Shown: piece by piece, positions 27,656 to 37,804 of the stretch
How positions within the stretch are numbered: position 1 is the stretch's first letter
Layout of the letters: the number at the start of each line of letters is the position of its first letter
Assembly (NCBI GenBank): GCA_051439425.1
Contig: JBFRWD010000004.1
Span: forward strand, 1 to 41,108
Direction: 5' to 3'
Length of the DNA: 41,108 nucleotides
Origin: Synechococcus sp.
GTDB lineage: Bacteria > Cyanobacteriota > Cyanobacteriia > Thermostichales > PCC-7336
Position numbers and translations under genes: made by a program
Notes under the pieces: generated by a model
Databases searched by the model: none
What the model was told of the DNA's origin: nothing
What the model saw: only the letters and a program-made list of their open reading frames with translations

Positions 27656-28276
27656 ATGCTGCTATTAACGCGATCGCCCCTAGAGCTGTCTCCTGCCGAA
27701 CAAAAACAGGCCCTCATTTACTTACTTCGCCAGCTTGCCTATCGAGAAGGAGACTTCACCCTATCGTCCGGCCAAAAAAGCACGTATTACATCAACTGCA
27801 AACCAGTCACCCTTCACCCTCAGGGGGCCTACTTAGTCGGACAGCTTATATTGGCCGAACTTCCAACAGAGGTGGAGGCAGTCGCAGGATTAACATTAGG
27901 CGCTGACCCCATTGTGTCAGCGGTGAGTCTGGCATCTGCATATGCCGAGCAAACACCGCAAGCAGGACAGTTGAGCAACCTACCCGGATTGATCGTCCGC
28001 AAAAAAGCCAAAGGCCACGGCACCCAAGCCTTCATTGAAGGGCCAACTCTACCGGCCAACGCATGTGTCTGGATTCTAGAGGATGTGGTAACAACCGGAG
28101 CATCGGCGCTTCAAGCCGCCGATCGCATTGCCGATGCAGGCTATACGGTCGGAGGCATTCTGTCCCTCGTCGATCGCCAGCAGGGCGGGGCACAACTGTA
28201 CGCAGATGCCAAACTGCCGTTTAAGTCCTTACTGACCATTGCAGATATTCAGCAGGCAGTTGACCTAAAAATGTAA
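27656..28276 (+). CDS. pyrE: Orotate phosphoribosyltransferase
   Basis: Motifs GDFTLSSGQKSTYY, VRKKAKGHGT and LEDVVTTGAS. Confidence 0.96.
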   Translation: MLLLTRSPLELSPAEQKQALIYLLRQLAYREGDFTLSSGQKSTYYINCKPVTLHPQGAYLVGQLILAELPTEVEAVAGLTLGADPIVSAVSLASAYAEQTPQAGQLSNLPGLIVRKKAKGHGTQAFIEGPTLPANACVWILEDVVTTGASALQAADRIADAGYTVGGILSLVDRQQGGAQLYADAKLPFKSLLTIADIQQAVDLKM

Positions 28277-28574
28277 TGCCAGTGATTTGGTCCGCCAAAC
28301 CAGCAATGACCGCCGAATAACCAAGGGCGACCCCCATCACCCTCAAACTCCACATCAGTATTTACACCTATAAATAGCGCTTTTGTATGTAAAATTCCGT
28401 ATTAATATCGGTCCGTCTGTAAAAAATAACTCCGACTTCGATACAATACAAAGAACATTCATCAATCGTCCTGCAACGCTACTGTGGCTGAGTGGTTGCT
28501 AGGGACGCCCACTGATGGTTTTGTCTGCAATCTCCGCCACACATCTGCAGACCCCTGACGGAGCTTAAATCCCC

Positions 28575-29078
28575 ATGACGGATCTCAATCTGCAGCTACG
28601 GTACTCCCGTGGCTTTAGCACTCTTGAAGTCATCGCCACTTTAGTGATTGCTGGCATTTTGGCGTCCATAGCTGGTTTCGCATTCTTCGGGTTGAGAAAT
28701 CCATTGGGGAATGCCACTGAAGAAGTCGCCAATGCCCTCAAATATTCGCGGTCGGTGGCGATCGCAACGACCTCTTCCTGTCGAGTCAGAACGACCTCCG
28801 CCACTCAACTATTGGTTGAATGTTCGAATACTTGTGCGGCCGCACCCGCAACTTGGGAACTTGCCCCTGCCAGTCCGAGGTTGGATCTGGATGAAGTTAC
28901 AGTTTCGGAAGTGAATGGAGCGGCATTGGTGGCTGGAGGAACGGTTGTCTGTTTTGACAGTCGAGGAGCTGCAAATACTGCCGCATCACTAGAATTGTCA
29001 TTTGCAAATGGTGGAGTGACATCCACCAGCGACGTTGATGTTTTGCTCGGAGGAGCTGTTGACGTCACGTTCAATTGA
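28575..29078 (+). CDS. Type IV minor pilin, FimT/GspH-like
   Basis: Prepilin site RG|FSTLEVIATL; ALKYSRSVAI; FDSRG. Confidence 0.85.
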   Translation: MTDLNLQLRYSRGFSTLEVIATLVIAGILASIAGFAFFGLRNPLGNATEEVANALKYSRSVAIATTSSCRVRTTSATQLLVECSNTCAAAPATWELAPASPRLDLDEVTVSEVNGAALVAGGTVVCFDSRGAANTAASLELSFANGGVTSTSDVDVLLGGAVDVTFN

Positions 29079-29163
29079 ATCCAAGTGCCCTCAGATTCTC
29101 TGATGTGGGCAACCTTAACGTATCTATATTTGCGAACAGGAATTGAACCTGGGAGCCAGAGTT

Positions 29164-29667
29164 ATGCCAAAGATAGACCGAGATCTCAGCTTGCTTCGCA
29201 CCACACTCCCCACAGTGACCCACTCCAGTCGGGGGCAATCGTTACTTGAAGTTGTAGCTGCGACCTTGATTTTATTCATTGGAGTGACAGGGGCTTCAAG
29301 CGGTTTCCTAAACTTTGCACTGCAAAATCGTAGAACTGAGCAATCGACTGGGGCCGTATCTGCAGCCCGAACCGTGCTCGATCGCTTGCGTTTGGAGGAC
29401 ATTGCAACGTTGCCCGATGGTGGCGATCGGCAAATTTGTAACCCAGCCGATGATTATGTTTGCCAAGCATTCAGCCCTGGTCTAATTGATGTGGGCTCGG
29501 TTGTTCTGACATTCTGCCCAGACTTTGCTAACGACCTAGAATATTGCGATCCTGCTAACCCTTCTCTCCGCCATGTGTTGGTCGAAGTTTACGAAAATGA
29601 TGGTGAAGGTGGGGCTGAAATCACCTTTAATGCTGAAACCGTATTTTCTGAATTGCGCGAACTGTAG
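29164..29667 (+). CDS. Type IV minor pilin, PilV-like
   Basis: RG|QSLLEVVAATLIL followed by a hydrophobic helix; second gene of the cluster. Confidence 0.78.
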   Translation: MPKIDRDLSLLRTTLPTVTHSSRGQSLLEVVAATLILFIGVTGASSGFLNFALQNRRTEQSTGAVSAARTVLDRLRLEDIATLPDGGDRQICNPADDYVCQAFSPGLIDVGSVVLTFCPDFANDLEYCDPANPSLRHVLVEVYENDGEGGAEITFNAETVFSELREL

Positions 29668-29690
29668 TAGTTCAAGTGAGGATTAATTTG

Positions 29691-30653
29691 ATGTTTCTAA
29701 AGCTCCGACCTTACGTTTTTTCTACTGCAGGATACACATTACTAGAGCTAATCATTGCTGCCACACTGGGGGTCGGTGTGATTAGTATTTCAGCCACAGC
29801 GATCTTCTTCAATCGAAATTTATTACTGAGAGATGGGGCTAGGGTGGAGGTCAATCAAAGCCTTAGAACCTCGCTAGACATTATTGGGGCAGATATTCGC
29901 CAGGGAGGAGAAAACTTAATTCTCAGTGATTTTCCGGTTATCGAATTATTGGATAACGCAAGAAATGGCCAAGATATTTTAGTGATTCGAACCGGTACCC
30001 CACTCGATATCCTAACCATATGTGCCGATGCTAGCGGTACCGATCTTCTCGTCGCCGATACCAGTGTTGGAGGCGTTGCTGACTGCCCTTCAACGTTACG
30101 TAGTCTGGACCCGGCCGATCTACTTCCAGATAACTTATACAACTGGCAACAATATCGTCTGCAGCAGGTGGCGAATGGTGAGCCTGCAGAGGCATATATT
30201 TTCGATGCTGACACCCGAGATGGCGAGTTTTTCACCTTCTCTGACGAAATTCGCAATCCCAGCAACCCTGGAAACGATCCATCTACGTATTCGATACGAA
30301 GTTCATCCGGATCGTGGAGCGGTACGTACGATGCTGCTGGCACGCGACCGATAATTGCTGTTATTACCGAGCAGCGCTATTCAGTCGATGACCAAGGATT
30401 CCTGACCGAACAAGTCAACGGAGGAGTGGATAGTCGGCTAGTCTCTGACATTCAGGATTTTCAGGTGCGCGTTCTGTTGCAGGATGGCTCGGAGCTAGAC
30501 GCCTTTGGTTCTAATGTCGGAGATGATTGGTCAAACATTCAAGCCGTTGAAGTAACCCTTTCTGCATCATCCGAGTTTGCTGCTGGGCGCGAGATTGATA
30601 ATACGTTTACTTCCAGCTACCTTCCCCGGAATGTATTGTCGTTTCCGCGATAA
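29691..30653 (+). CDS. Type IV minor pilin, PilW-like
   Basis: AG|YTLLELIIAA; LRTSLDIIGADIRQGG; C-terminal YLPRN. Confidence 0.82.
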   Translation: MFLKLRPYVFSTAGYTLLELIIAATLGVGVISISATAIFFNRNLLLRDGARVEVNQSLRTSLDIIGADIRQGGENLILSDFPVIELLDNARNGQDILVIRTGTPLDILTICADASGTDLLVADTSVGGVADCPSTLRSLDPADLLPDNLYNWQQYRLQQVANGEPAEAYIFDADTRDGEFFTFSDEIRNPSNPGNDPSTYSIRSSSGSWSGTYDAAGTRPIIAVITEQRYSVDDQGFLTEQVNGGVDSRLVSDIQDFQVRVLLQDGSELDAFGSNVGDDWSNIQAVEVTLSASSEFAAGREIDNTFTSSYLPRNVLSFPR

Positions 30654-30697
30654 TCCCATCACGTGAATAATTGCCCATTCCCATTGTTATATCCGTT

Positions 30698-32737
30698 ATG
30701 AACCGCTCATCCTTCAGCACTAAATTTGTTCTACATGTTGCCAGCGCCCGCAGGCAGTCTCGGGGCTATTCTCTCGTGGTTGCGATTGGAACGATCGTTG
30801 TGCTGTCCACCTTGCTAGCGTCTTACTCTGTGGTCAGTAAATTTGAGTCTTTGACGGCTACTAGCTCCGAGCAAAGTGGGGCTGGGTTTTATGCTGCAGA
30901 AGCAGGGTTGAACTTGCGGGCAGATGTGGTCAGAGGCATATTCGATGACTTCGATATTCCAACTGGCACTTCGGAAGATATTTCAGTCGTAGGTCTGCCT
31001 TGTCTGGATGGAGTTGGAGGAACCGACGATTATTCTTGTATTAACTATGAATTTCAGGACTTCACCACTCAAACTGGATTGGCGTTTGAGGATCTTTCCA
31101 ATATTGTCATTCCTCCTGGAGAGCCTTTTCAGTTCTTAAATGCCCAAGAATTTAGCTATTTGGCTTCCGCCATATCCTATCGAAATGGAGATGTTGATAG
31201 CCCTCAAGCAATTTTGGGCATGAACTTTCTGAATAGAAGCATTCCCATGTTCCAATTCATGGCCTTTTTTGATAAAGACTTAGAAATCAGGCCAGGTTCC
31301 TCCATGACATTGAACGGTCCACTTCATGCGAATGGCAATATTTTCTTAAACGCCCAGGGAGGTTCGTCAAATCCTTTGACGATTAACGATCGCATTTCGA
31401 TCGGAGACTTCCCCGATGGAACGCCAGGAAATATCTACCGCGTTTCTAAACACAACAGTACTCTCAGTACTTGCACTTCAAATTCAGTGTTGCTTGAAGA
31501 CAATAACGGTGTCCTAGCCGCTATTCCTTGCAGTACTGCACCAGTAACGATTACTGCCAATCTCGACCAACAAATAGCGACTGGATTTCCGAGGTTAGAA
31601 GTTCCAAATAACTCGGATTTTAGTGTCGGGGCAGCAGGACAGTACTGGACGTCTGCAGAGTTGCGCATAGCACTCAACGTGGCCACCTCTTCCATTGAGG
31701 CTCGAACCGTGTCGAATACCGTCAATGCATCTCGCACTGTTCTGTTCTCGGCTGGTGGAGCCTGTAATGGCACGTTCACCGATTCCACATCGTTTTACAA
31801 TGCGCGCGAAGCTGACTTCATCGAAATGCTTGAAGTTGACGTGAACCAATTACTGGACTGTATTAACACCAATAGTGGATCGTTAGGTTTTGGGCTGGAT
31901 GACAATACTCAAGGGGGCCTAGTTATCTATCTAACTGTTGATGGTCCTCTTTCCAATGCCGTCAACAATTACGGAGTGAGACTGCGGAACGGCAGCGATT
32001 TGAGAGCAGCAAATGTTGAAGGATTAACAATAATCACCGACCAAGCGGTCTATATCCAAGGGGATTACAACACTGTCGGGTGGGTCCCTGCTTCGGTGAT
32101 TGGAGACTCCCTCAATGTCCTGTCAAATGCTTGGAGTGATTTTCGGGATGATGGAGATGGTGTGGATTATGGAGTGACAACATCAGGTGGTGGTGGTGGT
32201 GACGACGATGACGATGACGATGATGGTGGCGGTGGGGGAGGAACCGGCAGTATTTTTGCGTGCTCGGGCCTGACACATGCGAATTGCCTCCCAGCTGAGC
32301 GCCTGGCCACAGATACGGCAATTTTCGCAGCCTTTCTGGCAGGAACAACCTCAACCGGATGGGCAGAAGGTGGTTTGAATACCGGAAGTTACAACGGTGG
32401 CATGCACAACTATCCTCGACTCCATGAGATCTGGACGAGCCGTATTGATGCCATCGATCAGTACAATAGCTCGTTCTCTGGCTCGCTCTCTACTTCAGGG
32501 GTTCCGGACGATCAAACACTGACGCTAGTCACATCATTCATTAGTCTGCAGCAGCCAGATCATGTTGATGGTTTATGGCAACAGGGTTCAGACTCTGGTG
32601 CTATGTGGTGGTATCAACAGCCCATTCGCAATTTCAGCTTCGACGATCGCTTCAGAGATCCCAACCAGCTCCCTCCCATGACCCCTCAAGTAACCTACCT
32701 TCAGCAGCAACTATTTGTGAGAAATTTCAATCGATAG
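30698..32737 (+). CDS. Large PilX-like minor pilin / putative pilus tip protein
   Basis: RG|YSLVV lacks Glu5, as in PilX/GspK. Has FYAAEAGL and a large Cys/Gly/Asn/Asp-rich C-terminal region. Confidence 0.78.
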   Translation: MNRSSFSTKFVLHVASARRQSRGYSLVVAIGTIVVLSTLLASYSVVSKFESLTATSSEQSGAGFYAAEAGLNLRADVVRGIFDDFDIPTGTSEDISVVGLPCLDGVGGTDDYSCINYEFQDFTTQTGLAFEDLSNIVIPPGEPFQFLNAQEFSYLASAISYRNGDVDSPQAILGMNFLNRSIPMFQFMAFFDKDLEIRPGSSMTLNGPLHANGNIFLNAQGGSSNPLTINDRISIGDFPDGTPGNIYRVSKHNSTLSTCTSNSVLLEDNNGVLAAIPCSTAPVTITANLDQQIATGFPRLEVPNNSDFSVGAAGQYWTSAELRIALNVATSSIEARTVSNTVNASRTVLFSAGGACNGTFTDSTSFYNAREADFIEMLEVDVNQLLDCINTNSGSLGFGLDDNTQGGLVIYLTVDGPLSNAVNNYGVRLRNGSDLRAANVEGLTIITDQAVYIQGDYNTVGWVPASVIGDSLNVLSNAWSDFRDDGDGVDYGVTTSGGGGGDDDDDDDDGGGGGGTGSIFACSGLTHANCLPAERLATDTAIFAAFLAGTTSTGWAEGGLNTGSYNGGMHNYPRLHEIWTSRIDAIDQYNSSFSGSLSTSGVPDDQTLTLVTSFISLQQPDHVDGLWQQGSDSGAMWWYQQPIRNFSFDDRFRDPNQLPPMTPQVTYLQQQLFVRNFNR

Positions 32738-32878
32738 TTGGTCTCTACTCCAGACAAATATCCGTCTAACCGGCAGTTTCTATTTTTCCAGGCCCGATCC
32801 ACGATGGTCACCTCTACCGATGTCGTCAACAAACATCCGACATAGGATTGCTAGTGGTTTGCATGGTGTTGAGGGTCT

Positions 32879-34405
32879 GTGGAATTTAAGCTTAGGGACT
32901 ACCAGCAGCGGCTGTTCGATCGCGTCCTAACCCGCTGGCAGCAAGGACAACAGCGGCTAATGGTACAGCTCCCCACTGGAGGGGGAAAGACCATTTTGTT
33001 TGGGGCCATTGCCCGCGAGCTGTTGCCCCGAGGTCAAACCATTGTGATCTTGGCCCACCGAGAAGAATTGCTCACCCAAGCAGCAGAAAAAGTAGCTAAG
33101 GTAACCGGATCGTCCGTCGGCATCGTCAAAGCTGGATATCCTCCAGAACTCGATGCCCCAATTCAAGTGGCCAGCGTCCAAACCTTAGCTAGGCGTCCGG
33201 GTTATCTCAGCAACGTTGGCTTGGTTGTCGTCGATGAGGCCCACCACACCAACGCCACCAGTTACCGCAAAATTTTGGCTGAATTTCACGATGCCTTGCA
33301 TTTAGGAGTCACAGCTACCCCCATTCGCACCGACGGCAGTGGATTTGAAGAGCTATTTCAAGAGATGATTGGTGGCCCCACAGTTTCTCAACTTGTGAAG
33401 GCAGGATACCTCTGTCCGCTGAAGTTGTATGCCGACCCGCAGCCCATGAAAACACGGGGAGCCCGCACCACAGGCGGAGATTTTAATCCGGCAGACTTGC
33501 TCAGACTGAATGGAGAAAAAGGACTATCTGGCAATCTCGTATCCATGTGGAAGCGCTACGCTCGCGATAAGCGCACAGTTGTCTTTGCCATCAATGTGGC
33601 TCACTCGGAAGCGATCGCCGCTCGATTCAACCAACAGGGGATATCTGCCGAGCATCTCGATGGCAATATTCCAGCCCCCGAACGTCGAGCCATTCTGGAA
33701 CGCTTCTCTAGCGGAAAGACGCTGGTGTTAGTCAACTGCAATTTGGTCTCTGAAGGCTTCGATCTGCCAGCCATTGAAGCGGTCCAAATCGCCCGCCCCA
33801 CCCAGTCTCTAGCGCTGTGGCTGCAGCAAATTGGACGTGCCTTGCGCATCCATCCAGGCAAGGAAGAAGCGATCGCGATCGATCACACTCGCAACTGGTT
33901 GCTGCACGGATTACCCACTCAGCCCCGCATCTGGTCGCTAGAGGGAGTGCGCACTGACGACCCACCCATGACCCACTGTCCTGACTGCAGTTTTGTCTTT
34001 GAAAGTCTGCGCCATCGCTTCAATCCAGGGTTCTTGCAATGTCCCAACTGTCAGAAGCTGATTCCCAATGACGAGCCTTCCTTATTTCCTGCCGTCACTG
34101 TCAAGGTGGAGCGCAAGCCCTTCGAGCTGCCTGAGGAATCCCATTACGATTTGGAAGAAGTGAGTCCAGCCGTGTTGAAACTCGCTAGCGAGTTGCTGCA
34201 CCTCCAAGAGCTGATTGCGCAAAAAGATGCTCGCGGACGCAGCCGCGAATGGGTGGTATACCATCTGGCCGAAATCAATCCGGATTTGGAAACGTGGGAA
34301 GCTTGCGCACGGGAACTGGGATACTCGCAGGAATGGGCAGCGGAGCAATATCGCGATCGCCAAGCACTCGTGCAAGCCTTGGAATATAAGCCACAGGTGG
34401 CCTAG
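32879..34405 (+). CDS. SF2 DEAD/DEAH-box helicase with C-terminal zinc ribbon
   Basis: Motifs LRDYQ, PTGGGKT, DEAHH, TATP, SEGFDLP and QQIGRALR; CPDC...CPNC. Confidence 0.92.
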   Translation: MEFKLRDYQQRLFDRVLTRWQQGQQRLMVQLPTGGGKTILFGAIARELLPRGQTIVILAHREELLTQAAEKVAKVTGSSVGIVKAGYPPELDAPIQVASVQTLARRPGYLSNVGLVVVDEAHHTNATSYRKILAEFHDALHLGVTATPIRTDGSGFEELFQEMIGGPTVSQLVKAGYLCPLKLYADPQPMKTRGARTTGGDFNPADLLRLNGEKGLSGNLVSMWKRYARDKRTVVFAINVAHSEAIAARFNQQGISAEHLDGNIPAPERRAILERFSSGKTLVLVNCNLVSEGFDLPAIEAVQIARPTQSLALWLQQIGRALRIHPGKEEAIAIDHTRNWLLHGLPTQPRIWSLEGVRTDDPPMTHCPDCSFVFESLRHRFNPGFLQCPNCQKLIPNDEPSLFPAVTVKVERKPFELPEESHYDLEEVSPAVLKLASELLHLQELIAQKDARGRSREWVVYHLAEINPDLETWEACARELGYSQEWAAEQYRDRQALVQALEYKPQVA

Positions 34406-34519
34406 CTGCTTCTCACGATCCTGAGAATGGATAGACTCATAATTGTGACGTTGAGTAGAAAGAAGGTGCTGTCGAGACCTACAGCCCTTACCCTCAGGGG
34501 ATTGACAAGTTAACTTATC

Positions 34520-34811
34520 GGCATTGCATTCCAAGCTGTGCAAGGCTTTGAGGACGAGCATCAGTTACAAGCGTCATCGCTTCCCCTCCGAAATCATCTC
34601 GTAATGTGTCTGGCTACACTACACGTTCCCTTTGAGCTACCGAGATATCGAGAAGATGATGCTCTATCGCAGGATCGACCTGACTTACGAAACGATCCGC
34701 TACTGGTGCCTGAAGTTCGCCCGGGCCTATGCCAATCAACTGCATCGCTGACGTGCCAAGCCAGCTGACAAGTGGCACTGGGGCGAAGTTGAAGTGAAAA
34801 TCAGTAGCTAA
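34520..34811 (+). pseudogene. IS6-family transposase N-terminal remnant
   Basis: Reads YKRHRFPSEIIS*CVWLHYTFPLSYRDIEKMM...TYETIRYWCLKF...*RAKPADKWH with two in-frame stops. GGCATTG at 34520 looks like an element end. Confidence 0.85.
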
Positions 34812-34870
34812 CATAGAAGTGGGGGTGTGGGGCGCATGCACCTGTAATAGCCCTTGCGCAAGGGGGTTGT

Positions 34871-35098
34871 ATGAAACCTGTCACACGAGCCATTACACGG
34901 CTGATAGTCTTGCTGTCTGCCATTGCACTGGGCATGTGGCTTTTTACGGAAAGAGCAACCGTTGTTGGCATGATTGCTGTGTCGAACCCAGGGACTGAGC
35001 CGCCGACGAGCGAGCCTAAGCCACCACCTTCTAAAGACGCTCAAACCGAGCCCATGCTCATCGCTCTCAGAAACTATGACGACTGGCCATGCAGCTAG
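34871..35098 (+). CDS. Small hypothetical membrane or secreted protein
   Basis: 75 aa with a basic N-terminus, hydrophobic helix and Pro-rich tail; G-rich RBS-like sequence upstream. Confidence 0.4.
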   Translation: MKPVTRAITRLIVLLSAIALGMWLFTERATVVGMIAVSNPGTEPPTSEPKPPPSKDAQTEPMLIALRNYDDWPCS

Positions 35099-35199
35099 CT
35101 TCAGACGTTACTGGGGATCGATAAAGGCGGCCCAGGCGAGTAGTGTCCGGGTCACAAGTTCCTTCTTTTTGATGACTTGTCTTGGCACTGTCAATTTAA

Positions 35200-35889
35200 C
35201 GGCACTGACCAGAAATTGGTTGAAGGCCTAAAACACTGTAGGCGTATAGCTTGTAGTCCCAATGCAATGCCTCTACTGCCAACTTGTTAAGTGGTGAGCA
35301 ATTGCCAGCAACAGCTTGTCATTGCTCACCACCCTCTAATCGAGCGCGATCGAGCAATAGTCGGTAAGCCCGACACAATCGTCTACGAGTCTTAGTGTGC
35401 TGTTGGGCCGTCTGCGCCACCTGCAGAGGATAGCCCACCTCCAAAGCCTTTAAACCATCCAACTTGCGGAACGCTGCCTTATAGTTTTTCCCAAGTCGTC
35501 TTGCTCTGATACGTGCGCTGGCGATAAGTGAAATAGTCGGCCTCAAATGACTCCACCCAGGCCTCAATTGTTCTCTTCTGCTTACGCACCGGGCTCTTGA
35601 CCCAATCCGCCCAGTCAAATTCTCCAGTCTGCACCTGCAGAGCGAATAGTCGTGCCTTACGAATGACAGAATTGAGCCCAATCTTGTTGCACTCACACCC
35701 AGCGGCGATCGCCTCCTGGTTCTTCTTGTTTGGATTATCACGATACCGTTTCGTGCCAGGACGGGGATACAAACGGGCTTGCAACCACAGGCGATCGCCA
35801 CAGATAAAAATGGTAACCTTAGCCTTGGATGCCCTCAGTTGCTGGTTCGCCTTGGCAACCCGCGCTGCAAAAGTAGTCACAATCCACAA
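35200..35889 (-). pseudogene. Cyanobacterial-type tyrosine integrase remnant (N-terminal part, frameshifted)
   Basis: Reads ANQQLRASKAKVTIFICGDRLWLQARLYPRPG...GEFDWADW...ESFEADYF...TTWEK, then a frameshift near 35480 into NYKAAFRKL...TRRRLCRAY. No intact catalytic domain. The 3' boundary is approximate. Confidence 0.75.
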
Positions 35890-35983
35890 TCAGTAGCTAC
35901 AGTGCGGAAAGAGAGGCAGGGGCGATTGAAACCCTTACGCAGTCGGAGGTTTCAACGAGGAATAAGGAGTTGACTGCGATCGA

Positions 35984-36056
<73 letters not shown>

Positions 36057-36186
36057 TTCCTTGTAAATCAGGGTTTGACGGGCTTTTGGCCGTTTCTGTC
36101 AGAATAAATATGGTTAATCTGATAACCCCGAATAAACCGAAATCGCCCATAATTAGCCCGTAAAACGGTCAAACTTTGGTCAAAGA

Positions 36187-36476
36187 ATGGCGAGAAACAA
36201 TGGACTGTAGAACCAGTACAGTCAAGGCTTGCGGGCTCATCGATCAAAGTGGATCGGCTTAGGAAATCGCCGTATCTACGTGTCATTCTTCCGCCAAAGC
36301 CAGGGCAGGGTTCGAAAGCTAAGCGAATGCGCCTACCGATGGGGAAGGCTACTGTTGCGAGCCTGCAGTTTACCGAGCAGATGGCTCATGAGCTAGAGGC
36401 TAGCATCCACTGGCATCGAAAGGGAAACAAGTTTGGCTGGTCAAAGTGGTCAAAGCCGCTTGACCCACTAGTCTAA
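36187..36476 (+). pseudogene. Second integrase N-terminal remnant
   Basis: ATG 36187 is out of frame by one base with KQWTVEPVQSRL...PYLRVILPPKPGQG...KFGWSKW*. It has the same LPPKPG/FxW signature as the upstream remnant. Confidence 0.65.
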
Positions 36477-36485
36477 AAACAGGCA

Positions 36486-36528
36486 ACAGACAACAAAAAG
36501 ACATTACTCAAAGACATCTCAAATCCAG
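36486..36528 (+). repeat. Direct repeat copy A (AGACA-rich)
   Basis: AGACATTACTCAAAGACATCTCAAATCCAG (36499-36528) matches 38617-38646 at 27/30. Both copies are preceded by ACAGACAACA. Confidence 0.8.
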
Positions 36529-36997
36529 CTTTAATTAGAGATAGAGTATAGGAAACAAATAAACAGACACTTCCCTCATATATACATAGTAACCATCATT
36601 GACTTGAGAGAGTTACGATTTTTTGTAAGCCTCTCTAGCAAAGGGATTGAGAGATTCATCTTCTATGCTATGAGCTACGATTGCTATAGAGTCTCTGTCA
36701 TTATTTCACTTGCTATTGTTAAATAGTTTCTCCGCTGCACTCCTACCTCTCCATCAAATTCTGGACTACTTAGGCGTTGGACATGTGGAATGAGCCAAGT
36801 GCAGCTCGTTCTTCAGTCTTCTACACCCGTATTAATCCACCACAGATAAATGTCAATTATTGTAAGGAGTTGGTTCTGAAGATTTCATCTATAGTACTCT
36901 CTATTAGATTACCAATTTACGATCAACCATAATATCTGTGCTGTGATATTTCATTGACATTTTATGATTCAAGTCAACCCACCATCCTAAATGACTT

Positions 36998-37804
36998 ATG
37001 AATATATCTCATTTGAGTTTTTTTATATCGATCTATTTGGGTACGGTTGGAATTGTTCTTCTCTCCATTGGTGTCGGCTTTCGATTAGGCATCAAGACAC
37101 GAAGAAACAAAAAAAGTAGAAATCTCGATATTCCTTCGATTGGTACCCTGGTCGGAGCAATGCTAGCTCTGCTTGCTTTTATTCTTGCCTTTGTATTTTC
37201 GATGACTTCAGCGCGCTATGATGCACGCAAGCAATTGGTTTTAGAACAAGCGAATATGTTTGGGACAGCAATGTTACGTACCGAGTTTCTTGCTGACTCT
37301 CCCCGTGATGAGTCTCGAAAGCTTCTTCAAGAGTATATTAGTCTTGGAGTTGAGGCTGTCCAAAATCCTGACAAGATCGCAAGGGCACTAGTCGAGATAC
37401 AAGACATACACGCACGCCTTTGGGATATTGCAAACGATAGTTCTAATCAAGAGAAAGACTCTGAGTTGGTTGGACGCTATATTGACTCTCTAAACGAGCT
37501 TATCGATCTACATTCAACAAGGGTAGTGGTTGGTCTTCAATATCGGATACCTAAGGGAGTATGGCTTCTGGTTTACTTCATAACTATTTTGACAATGATG
37601 AGCGTAGGTTATGAATTTGGACTGACAAGCTCAAATACTACCGTAGGATTCCTGTTATTAGCTTTGATGTTTTCCGCCGTAATTCTAGTTATAGTCGACC
37701 TCGATAATCCTGCTAAAAGTATTTTTGTTACGGTAAGCCAGCAGCCACTCATTGAAGTTCAGGAGAAATTTGGATCATTGGATAATCCGGCTTTGTCACG
37801 TTAA
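36998..37804 (+). CDS. DUF4239 / bestrophin-like membrane protein
   Basis: Four TM helices; motifs LLAFILAFVFSM, RYDARKQLVLEQANMFGTAMLR, SLNELIDLH and IVDLDNP. Confidence 0.8.
   Translation: MNISHLSFFISIYLGTVGIVLLSIGVGFRLGIKTRRNKKSRNLDIPSIGTLVGAMLALLAFILAFVFSMTSARYDARKQLVLEQANMFGTAMLRTEFLADSPRDESRKLLQEYISLGVEAVQNPDKIARALVEIQDIHARLWDIANDSSNQEKDSELVGRYIDSLNELIDLHSTRVVVGLQYRIPKGVWLLVYFITILTMMSVGYEFGLTSSNTTVGFLLLALMFSAVILVIVDLDNPAKSIFVTVSQQPLIEVQEKFGSLDNPALSR

Noticed and set aside
6049..34561. Many long antisense or alternate-frame ORFs inside PTS, dacB, TIR-STAND, carA, pilin and helicase genes
   Set aside because: They are shadow ORFs fully overlapping well-supported genes and carry no motifs of their own.
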